Positions 52,931 through 64,000 of a DNA stretch of 64,000 bases are shown one piece after another. The position numbers and the translations under genes were made by a program. The notes below the pieces were generated by a model that made no database searches, had not been told where the DNA came from, and saw nothing but the letters and a program-made list of their open reading frames with translations. This stretch comes from Schmidtea polychroa. Lineage: Eukaryota. Each line of letters starts with the position of its first letter. The first letter of the stretch is position 1. The DNA lies in the NCBI GenBank assembly GCA_044892525.1, contig CM097885.1:1676001-1740000 (forward strand), written 5' to 3'.

Positions 52931-53330
52931 CTGACACGGGAATGTATCTTCAAAGTATGTTTGAGTATAAAAGAAGAAGGAGAAGCTGATGGGGATTTGA
53001 GATTGACACTAAGGTGTCAAGGGGGGAGGATGGTTAATTATTATTTGTTTCGCGTCTGTGTGCGCTTTTTTCTTTGTTTTGGTTGTGTGCGCACACAGAC
53101 GCGTAAAATTGAGAGGGTGGAAATTTTAATCTGATCTCGCGTCTGTGTGCGCTTTTCTTTTCTTTGTTTTTGGCTGTGTGCGCACACAGACGCGAGCAAG
53201 AGGTAGTTTTTCAATTTTTTTGAATTTAGTTTAGTTGTAATTTTGAGTTTTTAGATTTATCGATTTCGAATGGATTTAAGGTTGAATTGAAGTTTGTTGA
53301 AGGAGTTCTCTTCGATTTTGGTTGGAATTT

Positions 53331-53860
53331 ATGGAAAGTAACAAAGTTACAAATTATGAATCTAAATATAACGGGGAATTGATGGATCTCGATGATTTAA
53401 TGGCAAGGTTGAATAGAACCCGCAGCAAAATGGAAATAGAAACTATTTGTAAAGACGATGTTATCAGATCTAGCAAATCTCTTAAAGTTCTGGATAATGG
53501 ATTCTCTCTAATCACATTATCTCGAGACCGACAATTAGTTCAATCTGTACCTGGTGAATTGAATATGGATCAAACAAATTTGTTGAAATGTGCTCAAGAT
53601 CAAAATGGCCGAATCGATATTGTTTTGTGTTCAGAAAGGAATAATATGAGATCAAATTTATGTGTAGCTACACAAAGACAGGTTCCAAATAAAATGATTG
53701 AGAAGAGTTCAGCTACGAGATTGTTTAATATTACTGAAAGTACTGGAGGTGTTATGACTGCTATGATCCCTGATTATCGATCTCAAGTATGTCGTGCACA
53801 AATGGAAGCAGCTCGATGTAGATATAAACATGTATATGAAAATAAAATGATTATGTGTGA
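53331..53860 (+). pseudogene. In-frame chimera of SNF8/VPS22 (ESCRT-II) and proteasome alpha-6 (PSMA6) fragments
   Basis: NGELMDLDDL...DDVIRSSKSLKVLDNGFSLI...LVQSVPGELNMDQTNLL (SNF8), then VATQRQVPNKMIEKSSATRLFNITESTGGVMTAMIPDYRSQVCRAQMEAA..YK..YE (PSMA6); no introns. Confidence 0.85.
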
Positions 53861-55988
53861 TTATTATGATTACAAATACTGCAATTACGGTCACACATAG
53901 TACATCCATATATGTATGTATATATATATTCTTTATTCTCTCTAAAATTGTTTGACACCCCCCCCCCACATTAAAACAGGTACACCCCCTGAAACTTATG
54001 ATTAAATAGGTGGACACCCCCCCCCCCAAATAATTTGTTGGACAACCCCCAAAGTTTTGCAACACCCCCAACTGAAAATTTCTGCATAAAAGCCTGGAAT
54101 CCCGGGTGCCACAGCATGCCTATCCCGGCACATATTTTGTTCCACTTCGAGCACTGGGCTCTGTCACAAAATCTTCCTGTTGGTGAGTTCAGATGATTAG
54201 AAAATCAGAATGAAATGGATAGTATTATTAAAAAATTGTGAATGGAGATGAGTTTGATGGAGATCGTGGATATGTTTTGGAGGTTAACATCGTCATTCCT
54301 GGTAGTATACAAGATAAACTAGATGATTTACCTATAGCTCCTGAGCTTTGTTATCCGCATGGTAGGAAAGTTGAAAAGTTGTTATTAACACACGAACCAA
54401 AGATCAATCATGTGATTAATAGTAGAGTTTTGACAGAATGGTTGAGTTACGGCGCAAAAGTCACAAATGTTAATCGTGCTGTAGAATTCATACCAGTGGC
54501 TATTTTCAAAGAATATGTATATTGGACAAATGTACCAGTTTCAATATAAAGAGCTACAGAGTTATAGAGAAGAATTCAATTGTCAAATTAATATCGTAGC
54601 TGGTGATACAGATTCCTTCTTTTTAGAGTGTAAAAATGTAGATTTATGCTTACAACTATATCCAAAAATGTTTGCCGATGGGCTCCTAGATAATTCAAAT
54701 TATCCAGTGACCGATCCGTTGTTCTCAATTAAAATTTGTTCTGTAATCGGGAAAGTCAAGGATGAGAATAAAGGAAATCAATATAAGGAATTGGTGTTTT
54801 GATATAAAAATTTATTTATATGAAATATAAATACAAATGTGATTTAGCAAATGACAATAAAACTTGCTACTCATTAAGTTGTGTCAACTAAGAAAAGATA
54901 TCGGTTGTACAAACCGTCGTCAGATATTTCAAAGACTGCGAATGCAGAATCCTAATTGATCAACCACACTGCTCAACAATGATAGTAAAAAGACGAAGGA
55001 TGCCCGAAATTTAGTGCGATCGCTTACTACCCAGAAATTGGTAGTAACATTTCCTCGATAAAATACCATCTGCTATTTCAAAAGAATATTCAAGCATAAC
55101 AGTTCCTTTTGAAAACTGATGTTTATTCCCAGTTATAATTTAAACCTTGCACAATTTCTGTTTTTTCGCAACTGTGGTTTTCTACTAATTTATATATTTC
55201 CCCGAGGTCACTTATCGATGACAAACGTTAATAGATTTTGGTAACTTTTTTATTTTGAATAAACTGAAAAATGTCTTTCTCTAGTCTCTTTCAAAAATAT
55301 TCTGTTAATTTCCTTTCAGTTCTGCCTTAAATACTGCTGCTTTTGATAATTAAAATCCCGATATATTTGCTTCAGATTAAATAAAGACTGATTAGTTTTC
55401 CTCGGAATATGCCTCTGGTTATTGTATATTTAGAAATGATTCTATATCTGTTTTTATCGTTTTACATCTCTGAAAATTCTATTCTTTTTATATTAAATTT
55501 TAAAGTTAAAAATACTTATTATTGTTGGATTACTGGGTCGTTGGTGATATTTATATATTACCATTTCTTACTCTGACTCCAAGCCGGCTTTTAACTGACC
55601 CACAAATAACAATCAACAACAGGAACCTTTATTGATAATCACAAGTAATTTTCACAATAAAAAGACACAATCGGTTCAATAATCTGGTCGAAGATTATAC
55701 AGTGCTTACAGGGCCGCCGCATGGGTAAGATGCACCTTTGTGCCAGATTTTTTTCAGTGCCCTTCCCTGAACTGAACCCCCGTGTCAAAAACTATGACTT
55801 ATTATGAATTTAATCATTAGAATATTTCCAATGAATACTTTTATTTTAAAAAATAATTACAGCTTATATAATACGATAACATACAGGCATGGGTTATATA
55901 CATACAATATATAATACTAAATCTAAGCAATCAATAAAATTTGCTTGTCTCAAACATATATTAAGAATTAGATTACTTTATAATTATT

Positions 55989-57220
55989 TGTAGTGAGCCG
56001 TTACACGGCCTTAACAATATCTATATACCTATTATACTATATTATATTATATTATATTATATTATATCTATAAATGCGCGGTCACCAGCGATTAAGGACC
56101 AAGCAGAACACAATTACAGTCAATCAAAATTCGTGCGATCAGCTAATACTTCTACTTATCAATCAGGCTCTATTAATCAATCTCAGGCGAGTAAAGCAAA
56201 TTCGATGCCATGTTATCATTATCAAGATAAACTGTATTCGGCTCCCAATAATTTTAGTGTTGGCTCTCATAGACCAACACCCTCATCCATTACAATTCGC
56301 GAAATACGTAACAAATCCTAACAATAATATGAACCCGAATAGATCTTTTTATCAAACCACCATCTTTACTAATTCTGATCAATGTGATAATGCAAAAAAG
56401 GATCAGAACGGCAAAGGATATACATTTCCTCAAATATTGTATGCGAATGACAATGGTCAAATTGGTTCATGGACAAATCGGCAGGCTGTAAAATCTTTAG
56501 AAATAATCGGACTATATGAAATTAGTATTTTTAGTTAACATTTTGTAAATGAGAAATGCCTGTTGAATATGTTTACCTGGTCTGATTATATTTACATTTT
56601 TTATGTAGTTTCTATTATATATATATTTTTGTTTTACTCAGATCTGTAAATTTTTGTAATTCAAATTAAAAACCTTGTAATTAAAATTAAAAATATCTTT
56701 ACCTGCAATTTGACTTATTCATCAGAATATTTTTATGAGTAAAATAAACGATATGCAAAAACCTCAATTGGGTTGTTTTTCGCTAGCTAAAAATTCTTAT
56801 TGTTATTCCAAAGATTCATTCGAATGCATGGATTCTCTAAAATATCTCAATGTAGAGAACTTTGGAAATGATAACTTGCATTTTGCTGCATTATTAATAA
56901 ATGGTCATAATTGCCGAATTATAGTAAATAAATTATGTAAAAAAATTAAAGTCGAATTCGATGGAAGAAATTTTACGTCACTCACGGATTCCGATTCTAT
57001 AATGAATTATATTGGAAATGTTTTAGAGAAAATCGAACAAAATTTCTTCAATGCAATGTCTAATTTATTCAAGAACAAATCAGATCTTTTGCAAACCTGT
57101 AACTTAAAATTTGAAGTTGAACAAGGTAAAATATTAATTGAAATAGACAAAATAGATGATCAATTGAAAAGTGGGGCAACTATTGCCAAATTACCAGAAA
57201 GGACTACGCCAACCACAACA
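55989..57220 (+). repeat. 5' LTR (1232 bp)
   Basis: TGTAGTG...CACAACA inverted termini, followed after 1 nt by PBS TGGTGTCAGAAGTG (57222-57235, tRNA-Leu type). Confidence 0.78.
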
Positions 57221-58519
57221 TTGGTGTCAGAAGTGCCAGAACAATGTCCAAGATTTGAACATTTAGAAACTTATTTAGCGGCTAATATCATTGCTAAATC
57301 CAGATTACAGGAAAAACAATCTATGTTAGTTTCTCATAAACGAACAGTGGAATTACGTCAAAATATGTTCCATATGCTTTCCAAAATATTTTCTGAATTA
57401 AAACTTTCATCAAAATTTAATCCTATATCCCATGATATGGATAGGCTGATAGATCAATTGATAATTGCTCATTCTTGCTGTTTGTCATCGAATCGAGAAG
57501 AGTATATCAAATTAATTCAGAAAATTCCAGATCGTGATTCTTTGGATCCTGTAGTCGTTCTATGTAAGGATTTAAATATGTATTATAAAGAATTAAGGCA
57601 GTCTACATCATCAAGTAATTCCATTTCAACCCCTACAAATATCACAGATAATAATCATAGTCCAAATGGTCAATTTCAAATTTCTCACCCGATAAATAAA
57701 TCGTCTTTCAAATTTATCAGTAAAAGTATTCAATTACAATCTGAATCATCGGATACTAAATCCGAATTTCCCCTATTCAGTGCTTTCAATAGCTCAGCTG
57801 GTAATGATATTACTGAATTCCACAGTACACTGAATTCCACATCTCCCCTGTCACGGCTTTCAGACCAGAAATCATTTATGAACAGTTTGAATTCAGTTGG
57901 TTCGTCGAATTCTCTGCTGGAAAGTTTCCGCCAGTTAAATTCTCAAAACCACGCCGCAATCAAGAATAACAACAATAATAATCAGTCATACGATCACAAC
58001 ATCAATCAACAGGCAAACAACAACGGTGTGCTTAACTACGGTCAGTATCAGGATCGAAACGAAATGGATATAAATCGCATATTTGGCTCGGAGAAACCGA
58101 ATTCACATTACGATCAGAAATATAAAGATACAGCCGATATAGATTTTGATTCGATTAATGTTTCCCGGCAAGCATTGGCTGAGATGATTGCCGTTGAAAA
58201 TCGTAAAAAAATGGCTCCGATCGATAATTATATACCAAATAACAAATTGCTAACGAGTGATGTCTTATACACAGCCCCACAACGCATCATGCTTCGACCA
58301 AATCCAAATGAATTCTTAATGCAACAGAATAATGATTTTTTCACATTAAACTCTCGTGCACCGGGACAGCCATTTATTCACGATAATAAACCGTCTCCCA
58401 GCGAATCGAGACTCAATCAAGCAATGCCCGTGTCAGCACCGCCAGGTACCTTAGATCGATTACCTCTAAATTATATTATTATATTATTATTAAATTATAC
58501 TATATTATTATTGATTTAA
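56735..58519 (+). CDS. 594-aa accessory ORF of unknown function inside the Gypsy element
   Basis: Long ATG-initiated ORF in AT-rich DNA; helical-looking N-half and Ser/Asn-rich low-complexity C-half; no motif recognised. Confidence 0.6.
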   Translation: MSKINDMQKPQLGCFSLAKNSYCYSKDSFECMDSLKYLNVENFGNDNLHFAALLINGHNCRIIVNKLCKKIKVEFDGRNFTSLTDSDSIMNYIGNVLEKIEQNFFNAMSNLFKNKSDLLQTCNLKFEVEQGKILIEIDKIDDQLKSGATIAKLPERTTPTTTLVSEVPEQCPRFEHLETYLAANIIAKSRLQEKQSMLVSHKRTVELRQNMFHMLSKIFSELKLSSKFNPISHDMDRLIDQLIIAHSCCLSSNREEYIKLIQKIPDRDSLDPVVVLCKDLNMYYKELRQSTSSSNSISTPTNITDNNHSPNGQFQISHPINKSSFKFISKSIQLQSESSDTKSEFPLFSAFNSSAGNDITEFHSTLNSTSPLSRLSDQKSFMNSLNSVGSSNSLLESFRQLNSQNHAAIKNNNNNNQSYDHNINQQANNNGVLNYGQYQDRNEMDINRIFGSEKPNSHYDQKYKDTADIDFDSINVSRQALAEMIAVENRKKMAPIDNYIPNNKLLTSDVLYTAPQRIMLRPNPNEFLMQQNNDFFTLNSRAPGQPFIHDNKPSPSESRLNQAMPVSAPPGTLDRLPLNYIIILLLNYTILLLI

Positions 58520-58609
58520 ATTATTATTGATATCATATATAAAATTATAATAAATTATTTAAATAAGCATCAGCCCACACGAGAGGGTAGCGCCGCACCG
58601 GGGCCCAAA

Positions 58610-59865
58610 AAGTTCCAAATATTATTAGAAAACCCTGGAACAAATAAGACACAAACCGTTTCAGTTGACACAGACACTACAATTAGAGGTCTTTCTAAAA
58701 ATTACAGCATATTGACTAATCACAAATGCCGTTTTCTCTTGTCGTATAACGGCAACATCCTTTTCGACAGTCGTACCTTGGGCGACTATGGAGTGACACC
58801 ATACAGCGTCATTCATTGTTTGTTGCCACTTTTTGGCGGTTCCTCCGATTCGGAGAATGACTCAGGCAGCAACCCCAAACAGGCAAAACATAAACGTAGG
58901 TCCAACAACCAGCGATCAACGTACTTATGTCAATATTTTTTGGATGAGAATAACTCTCCACTTACTTGGCTGATAGCTACCGAACTAGCACTCGAGGGAA
59001 TCGAGGTAACCAGTTCACGAGACAAATACTGTCGCATATTGCCGTTGATTCCGCCGACGATATTAAGTAAACTTTCGTCCGTGATCCTTCGTACTTCGCC
59101 TACTAGCGTAAAAAACCCATATGAAGAATTGCGTACGGCAATCCTCGATATTTTTAAGGAACCTACAGCTGCCGTCTTCACTAAATACTTTAAGACGCAA
59201 ACTTTGGCAGCAGGAAACCATCACAGTTCTTGCAACACGCCATGGCAGAACTAACGCAAATACATCCGGAGGCTGCGGCGGATCAAAAACTCTTGAGGCA
59301 ATTTTTTCTGTCTGCTTTACCGCCACACGCACAACAAATTTTAGCGCTTTCGTCAACAGCAGACGTGGTAGAGCTAGCAAAGATGGCCGACAAGATTAAC
59401 GAAGTCGTGCCACTTGGTCCGCAACCAACTTGCTCTGTGCAGTTAAGTAGCAGCACTAACCCCGAAATTTTACCTTCTTCTTCTTCTTCTTTAAAACCTT
59501 CGACCGAAGAAGCCTTACTTTGCGCTATTACAGGCCTCACTAAACGCATCAGCGAGCTTGAGAATAGCATGTCCACCAGACGGACAAATGACGACAGGCA
59601 ATATGCCCAAAAATCACACTTTGTGCAAAATACTCGTCAACGTTCACCTTCACCTGCAACCAGGAACCTGTGCCGTTTCCATTTTAAGTTTCGTAACAAG
59701 GCACGATTCTGCCATCTAGGTTGCAATTGGCGAGACAAAGCACCATCCTGTCAGATACTTGACAAGTGTATATACCACGACAGGTTTGGAGATAAAGCCT
59801 TAAAATGCTTCGAAGGCTGCTCCAATTACACAAAACCTAAAGCAAACAATCAAAAAAACTTATAA
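58610..59865 (+). CDS. Ubiquitin-like domain fused to Gypsy Gag; one frameshift near 59206
   Basis: KFQILLEN...LSYNGNILFDSRTLGDYGVTPYSVIHCLLPLFGG, then WLIATEL..GI..DKY, PYEELRTAIL, RKPSQFL, LRQFFLSALP, LAKMADKI and two Cys/His motifs CRFHFKF...C / CIYHDRFG...C. Confidence 0.82.
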
Positions 59866-62800
59866 TGCCACCACTTCTAGCGGCAGAGGTGGGAGGCAAA
59901 ATTTCATCAAAATCAGATTTATTTTTAATAGAAGCAGAGTCAAACGCTTTTAATATATTGTCGTCTCCTTCCAACAGACTAAAATTCCTTGTCGACACTG
60001 GCTCCAGCTTGTCGATCTTACCTAAAGAGTACCTTCCAGACCTCAACACTGTCGATATTTCTTTGAAGGCCGCAAACGGTAGTGTTGTTGAGACTTTAGG
60101 TTCAAAGACAATTGCTTTCTCGTTGCCATTTCTGTCCGACCAATTATTTGAGTGGAAATTTTATATAGCAGAGGTTATTATCCCCATATTAGGATCTGAT
60201 TTTTTAAGCGCTAACGAACTACTCGTAGATTGCCGTGGACGCACTTTAAGGATAAATAATCAATTAAACTGCAGCACTATTCCCTCAAACATCTTTGAAG
60301 ATCCACAACGGATAGGAACCGACGATATAAATACTACTCCGTCTAAAACGGTTATAACAATCGAACACCCAAAAATAGTCGTAGATATTATTAATAGGTG
60401 TTTAACACGCCAATAACTGCAATAAGCGACGTTTCGAAGCCGCTTTACTGCCACACGATCGACACAACTTCATCTTTACCAGTTAGATGCAAAATTAGAC
60501 CACTGTCGAATGAAAAACTCGAATTTGTACGTTCCGAGTTCACTAACCTCTTACATGAGGGTACCATTCGGAGATCTAAATCTCCATGGTCATCGCTATT
60601 GCACCTGGTCCCAAAAAAAGATGGCACTTTCCGTCCGTGTGGCGACTATCGAAACCTTAATGCTATTACGGTACACGATTCCTATAGCATGCCGCTTGTT
60701 AGTGATATCCTTCACCGTCTTTCAAAGGCAAAGATTTTTTCCACAATCGACCTCGTGAAGGCGTACCATCAGATACCTGTGCGAGAGTCTGGCATAGAAA
60801 AAACAGCCGTAATAACTCCGATCGGACTTTTCGAGTACGTGCATATGCCATTTGGCCTTCGTAATTCTGCACAGACCTTTCAAAGGTATATTGATCAAGT
60901 CTTAATGGACCTGCCTTTCGCAGTTCCTTACATAGACGACATTTTAATCGGATCACCTGATTTAGAGACGCATATAACCCATCTGACAAGAACTTTAACA
61001 GCACTTCGGCAATACAACCTTAAGGTAAACGTTGATAAGTGTACCTTCTTCCAACACGAGACTCGTTTTCTAGGACATTTAATTTCCGGAGATGGAATCC
61101 GACCTCCTCCGGATAGACTAGATACCATAATCAAATTCCCACTTCCAAAAACAGTTTCACAACTGAGAAGTTTTTTGGGAACGATAAACTATTGTCATCG
61201 TTTTATTCCAGGGGTTTCTAACATATTGTCACCTCTTTCAGGTCTTGTTTCAAAACCAAAAAAGTCTTTAGTGTCATGGAGCGATACCACACTCAGTGCA
61301 TTTGAAAACGCTAAGTCGGCACTTTCGAAAATTCAAACACTCCATTTTCCCAATGCTGATTTACCTTGGAGTCTGACCACTGATGCATCAAACGTTGCTA
61401 TTGGTGCAGTATTACACCAATTACATAATGACATTTCTGAACCCTTAGAGTTTTTCTCAAAGAAACTTTCTTCCGCACAACGGAAATATTCGGCTTTCGA
61501 CCGAGAACTCTTAGGCATATATCTGTCAATCAAACATTTCAAGCACTTGCTTGAAGGTCGTCCTTTTGTCATCTACACTGACCACAAACCGCTAACTTAT
61601 CTTTTTGGAATGAAAGACCCATCTCCACGACAACAGAGGCAAATCAGTTATATTTCAGAATTTTCTTGCGAAATACGCCACATTGCCGGCAAAGAAAACG
61701 TTATTGCAGACTGTCTTTCCCGCAGCACCAACGCTATATTGCACGATCCGATTTTTCCAGTACAGTGCCTCCGCGACAATCCACCTTCGGCAAAAGATCT
61801 AGCTGCTTTTGGCGATAAGCTTGAAATCGTGGACGGAGTACACTTTGACTCGTCTTTATCAGGTGTTTTAAGACCGATTTTGCACGATTCCTTACGGAAA
61901 TTAGCTTTCCACTCCATTCACGACTTACATCATCCAGGTTCGTCGGCTACCTTCAACCTATTGCATTCACATGTGGTTTGGCCAGCAATGAGGCACGATA
62001 TTAAATTGTGGGTGAGTCAGTGCATCGGTTGTCAACAACACAAGATCACTAGACACACTAAGCCACAGATGATTCACTATCCGACCGGAAATAGGTTCGA
62101 AATTCTTCACATCGACCTGGTCGGCCCCTTGCCTTCTGATCGCGGTTTTTCTTACTTATTAACCATGATTGACCGGAAAACGCGTTGGTTTGAAGTTATT
62201 CCTCTAAAAAACATTTCTGCTGAAATTGTAGCAAATTCAATTTTGCAACATTGGATTTCTAGATACGGTGTTCCAAAATCAATAATCACAGACAGGGGAT
62301 CTCAGTTTGAATCCCAGCTATTTCAACAACTAACTGAAAAGCTCGGTATACAACACCTCCGTTCAACTGCTTACCATCCTCAGACAAACGGCATGATCGA
62401 AAGATTTCACCGTACTTTGAAGACTTCTCTTGGAATACTTTCATCGAGACTTAATTGGACTAAAGCTTTACCTTTTGTCCTTCTTGGTTGGCGTAACACA
62501 CCCTCCAGGACTACCGGAACTACACCGGCACAGTTACTTTTCGGTTCTTCAACATCGTTACCTAACGAATTAGTTGATTTCGATAACGCTCCTACCTTTG
62601 AGGAATTAGATATGGCTAGAGATCATTTTCTTTCGATCGATAGCAACCCACAGTTTTCGTATGCTTCCTCATATACACCGTACGTCCCAAAGTCCTTCAA
62701 GGACGCAACTCACGTTTATCTTCGTAATATTACGGATTCAGGTTTCAAACCGAGATATTCGGGGCCTTACAAATTGATCGACATTAAGGATAACAATGCT

Positions 62801-63238
62801 CACATCGTTATTAACGGTGTTACCCAAAATATAAATCTGTGCCGACTTAAACCTGTTTTTATGATTTCTGATGACGTGGACAAAGACAAACTTCACTCTG
62901 ATTTAGAGAAAGTCTCAGTCGAACCCATTTCAACTACGTCGAACGAAAACCTTTCAGTAGAACCTGCCACGGACTCAAACGAAATCGCGCGTACCATGAT
63001 CACAAACTACCAACGCGATGAAAATTTAGCTACAGAGAATACACATTCAGCAACAACAAATCCACTAAATCTTCGCTCAATTGTTTCGAAACCCGACAAG
63101 CAGCGAACCGCAAAAAATGTGAAACATAGTGATAAGATTTGGGTGCGCCAAATTGGTGAAGACATTTCCAAACCTCCAAGACTTGCCAGAGTCTATTCCA
63201 ATGAAAATTTGACACATCTGATGCTGAAATTCACTTAA
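59865..63238 (+). CDS. pol: Gypsy Pol (protease, RT, RNase H, integrase); frameshift near 60398
   Basis: FLVDTGS, ILGSDFL, RPCGDYRNLN, MPFGLRN, YIDDIL, TTDASN, YTDHKPL, H-H-C-C zinc finger, HIDLVGP, ITDRGSQF, NGMIERFH, GPY. Confidence 0.95.
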
Positions 63239-63399
63239 CTTTATTCCATGTGATCAATTAATTCATCAATCGCCGATTTCCTTTTTAGACACTATCCACC
63301 TTTGATAAATTGTCACTACTTTTCGACTTACATCTTGTTTCTAGTAGATCTTTCATCAATCTCGATTCTTGAGTCCCTGTGCGCTCCGCGACTTCCCGT

Positions 63400-64000
63400 G
63401 GCCTTAACAATATCTATATACCTATTATACTATATTATATTATATTATATTATATTATATCTATAAATGCGCGGTCACCAGCGATTAAGGACCAAGCAGA
63501 ACACAATTACAGTCAATCAAAATTCGTGCGATCAGCTAATACTTCTACTTATCAATCAGGCTCTATTAATCAATCTCAGGCGAGTAAAGCAAATTCGATG
63601 CCATGTTATCATTATCAAGATAAACTGTATTCGGCTCCCAATAATTTTAGTGTTGGCTCTCATAGACCAACACCCTCATCCATTACAATTCGCGAAATAC
63701 GTAACAAATCCTAACAATAATATGAACCCGAATAGATCTTTTTATCAAACCACCATCTTTACTAATTCTGATCAATGTGATAATGCAAAAAAGGATCAGA
63801 ACGGCAAAGGATATACATTTCCTCAAATATTGTATGCGAATGACAATGGTCAAATTGGTTCATGGACAAATCGGCAGGCTGTAAAATCTTTAGAAATAAT
63901 CGGACTATATGAAATTAGTATTTTTAGTTAACATTTTGTAAATGAGAAATGCCTGTTGAATATGTTTACCTGGTCTGATTATATTTACATTTTTTATGTA
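63400..64000 (+). repeat. 3' LTR (partial; lacks the first 18 nt of the 5' LTR)
   Basis: Direct repeat of 56007-56607 at an offset of 7393 bp. Confidence 0.9.

Larger units (their letters stand above)
49962..53874 (+). mobile_element. Non-autonomous BEL/Pao derivative: PBS, Ub-gag, PPT, 3' LTR-like region with cargo; no 5' LTR and no pol
   Basis: TGGTAGCAGAGCGTGGTT at the very start, BEL-type gag, PPT AAGGGGGGAGGA (53019-53030) followed by TGGTTAATT; the insert ends ...GATTACA. Confidence 0.82.
49831..54156. mobile_element. hAT MITE expanded to 4.3 kb by an internal retroelement-derived insert
   Basis: TIR CAGTGCTCGAAGTG and TSD GGCTCTGT (49823-49830, 54157-54164); arms match 28239-28720. 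Confidence 0.93.
48085..54802 (+). pseudogene. Polinton/Maverick-type protein-primed DNA polymerase B, decayed and split by the insertion at 49831-54156
   Basis: GSSYIKTP..AINVQNND..CF, VVYADFES (ExoI), CYLC..VRDH, VVFHNLRGYD (ExoII), FIDSLKFL, IFPYD, GIRGG, YIDVNNLYGWAL|SQNLP (motif A split at the TSD), GDTDSFF (motif C), GKVKDE; contains stops and deletions. Confidence 0.88.
55989..64000 (+). mobile_element. Gypsy/Ty3 LTR retrotransposon; 3' LTR runs off the window
   Basis: 5' LTR, PBS, gag, then PR-RT-RH-INT order; 56007-56607 is repeated at 63400-64000 with no difference seen. Confidence 0.95.

Noticed and set aside
55708..55790. CAGGGCCGCCGC start resembling a hAT terminus
   Set aside because: No matching inverted end or TSD in the window.
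56074..56538. 154-aa LTR ORF with a glutaredoxin-like TFPQIL motif
   Set aside because: The similarity is a few residues only, with no active-site motif.

Overview
AT-rich, repeat-dense animal (invertebrate) genomic DNA. It holds three intron-containing host genes, all on the minus strand: a novel-type PKC delta/theta (runs off the left edge), an innexin and an ERK-type MAPK. Their introns are either tiny (42-74 nt) or 1-7 kb and repeat-filled. The rest is (ATT)n arrays, minisatellites and mobile elements: a near-intact hAT transposon, hAT MITEs, solo LTRs, Penelope-like remnants with minimal hammerhead ribozymes, a decayed intron-containing Polinton-type pPolB, a Gag-only BEL/Pao derivative and a young Gypsy element. 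Four things stand out. (1) Both the BEL and the Gypsy Gag begin with a ubiquitin(-like) domain ending in Gly-Gly. (2) A shared LTR-start/hairpin cassette occurs three times, each followed by different intronless host-mRNA cargo (SNF8+PSMA6, RNF126-like, cold-shock domain+actin). (3) The BEL derivative starts exactly at its tRNA-iMet PBS, has no 5' LTR, and sits inside a hAT MITE that interrupts pPolB. (4) The Gypsy element has a 594-aa orphan ORF that starts inside its LTR and crosses the PBS. All family calls come from reading motifs by eye; no searches were run.
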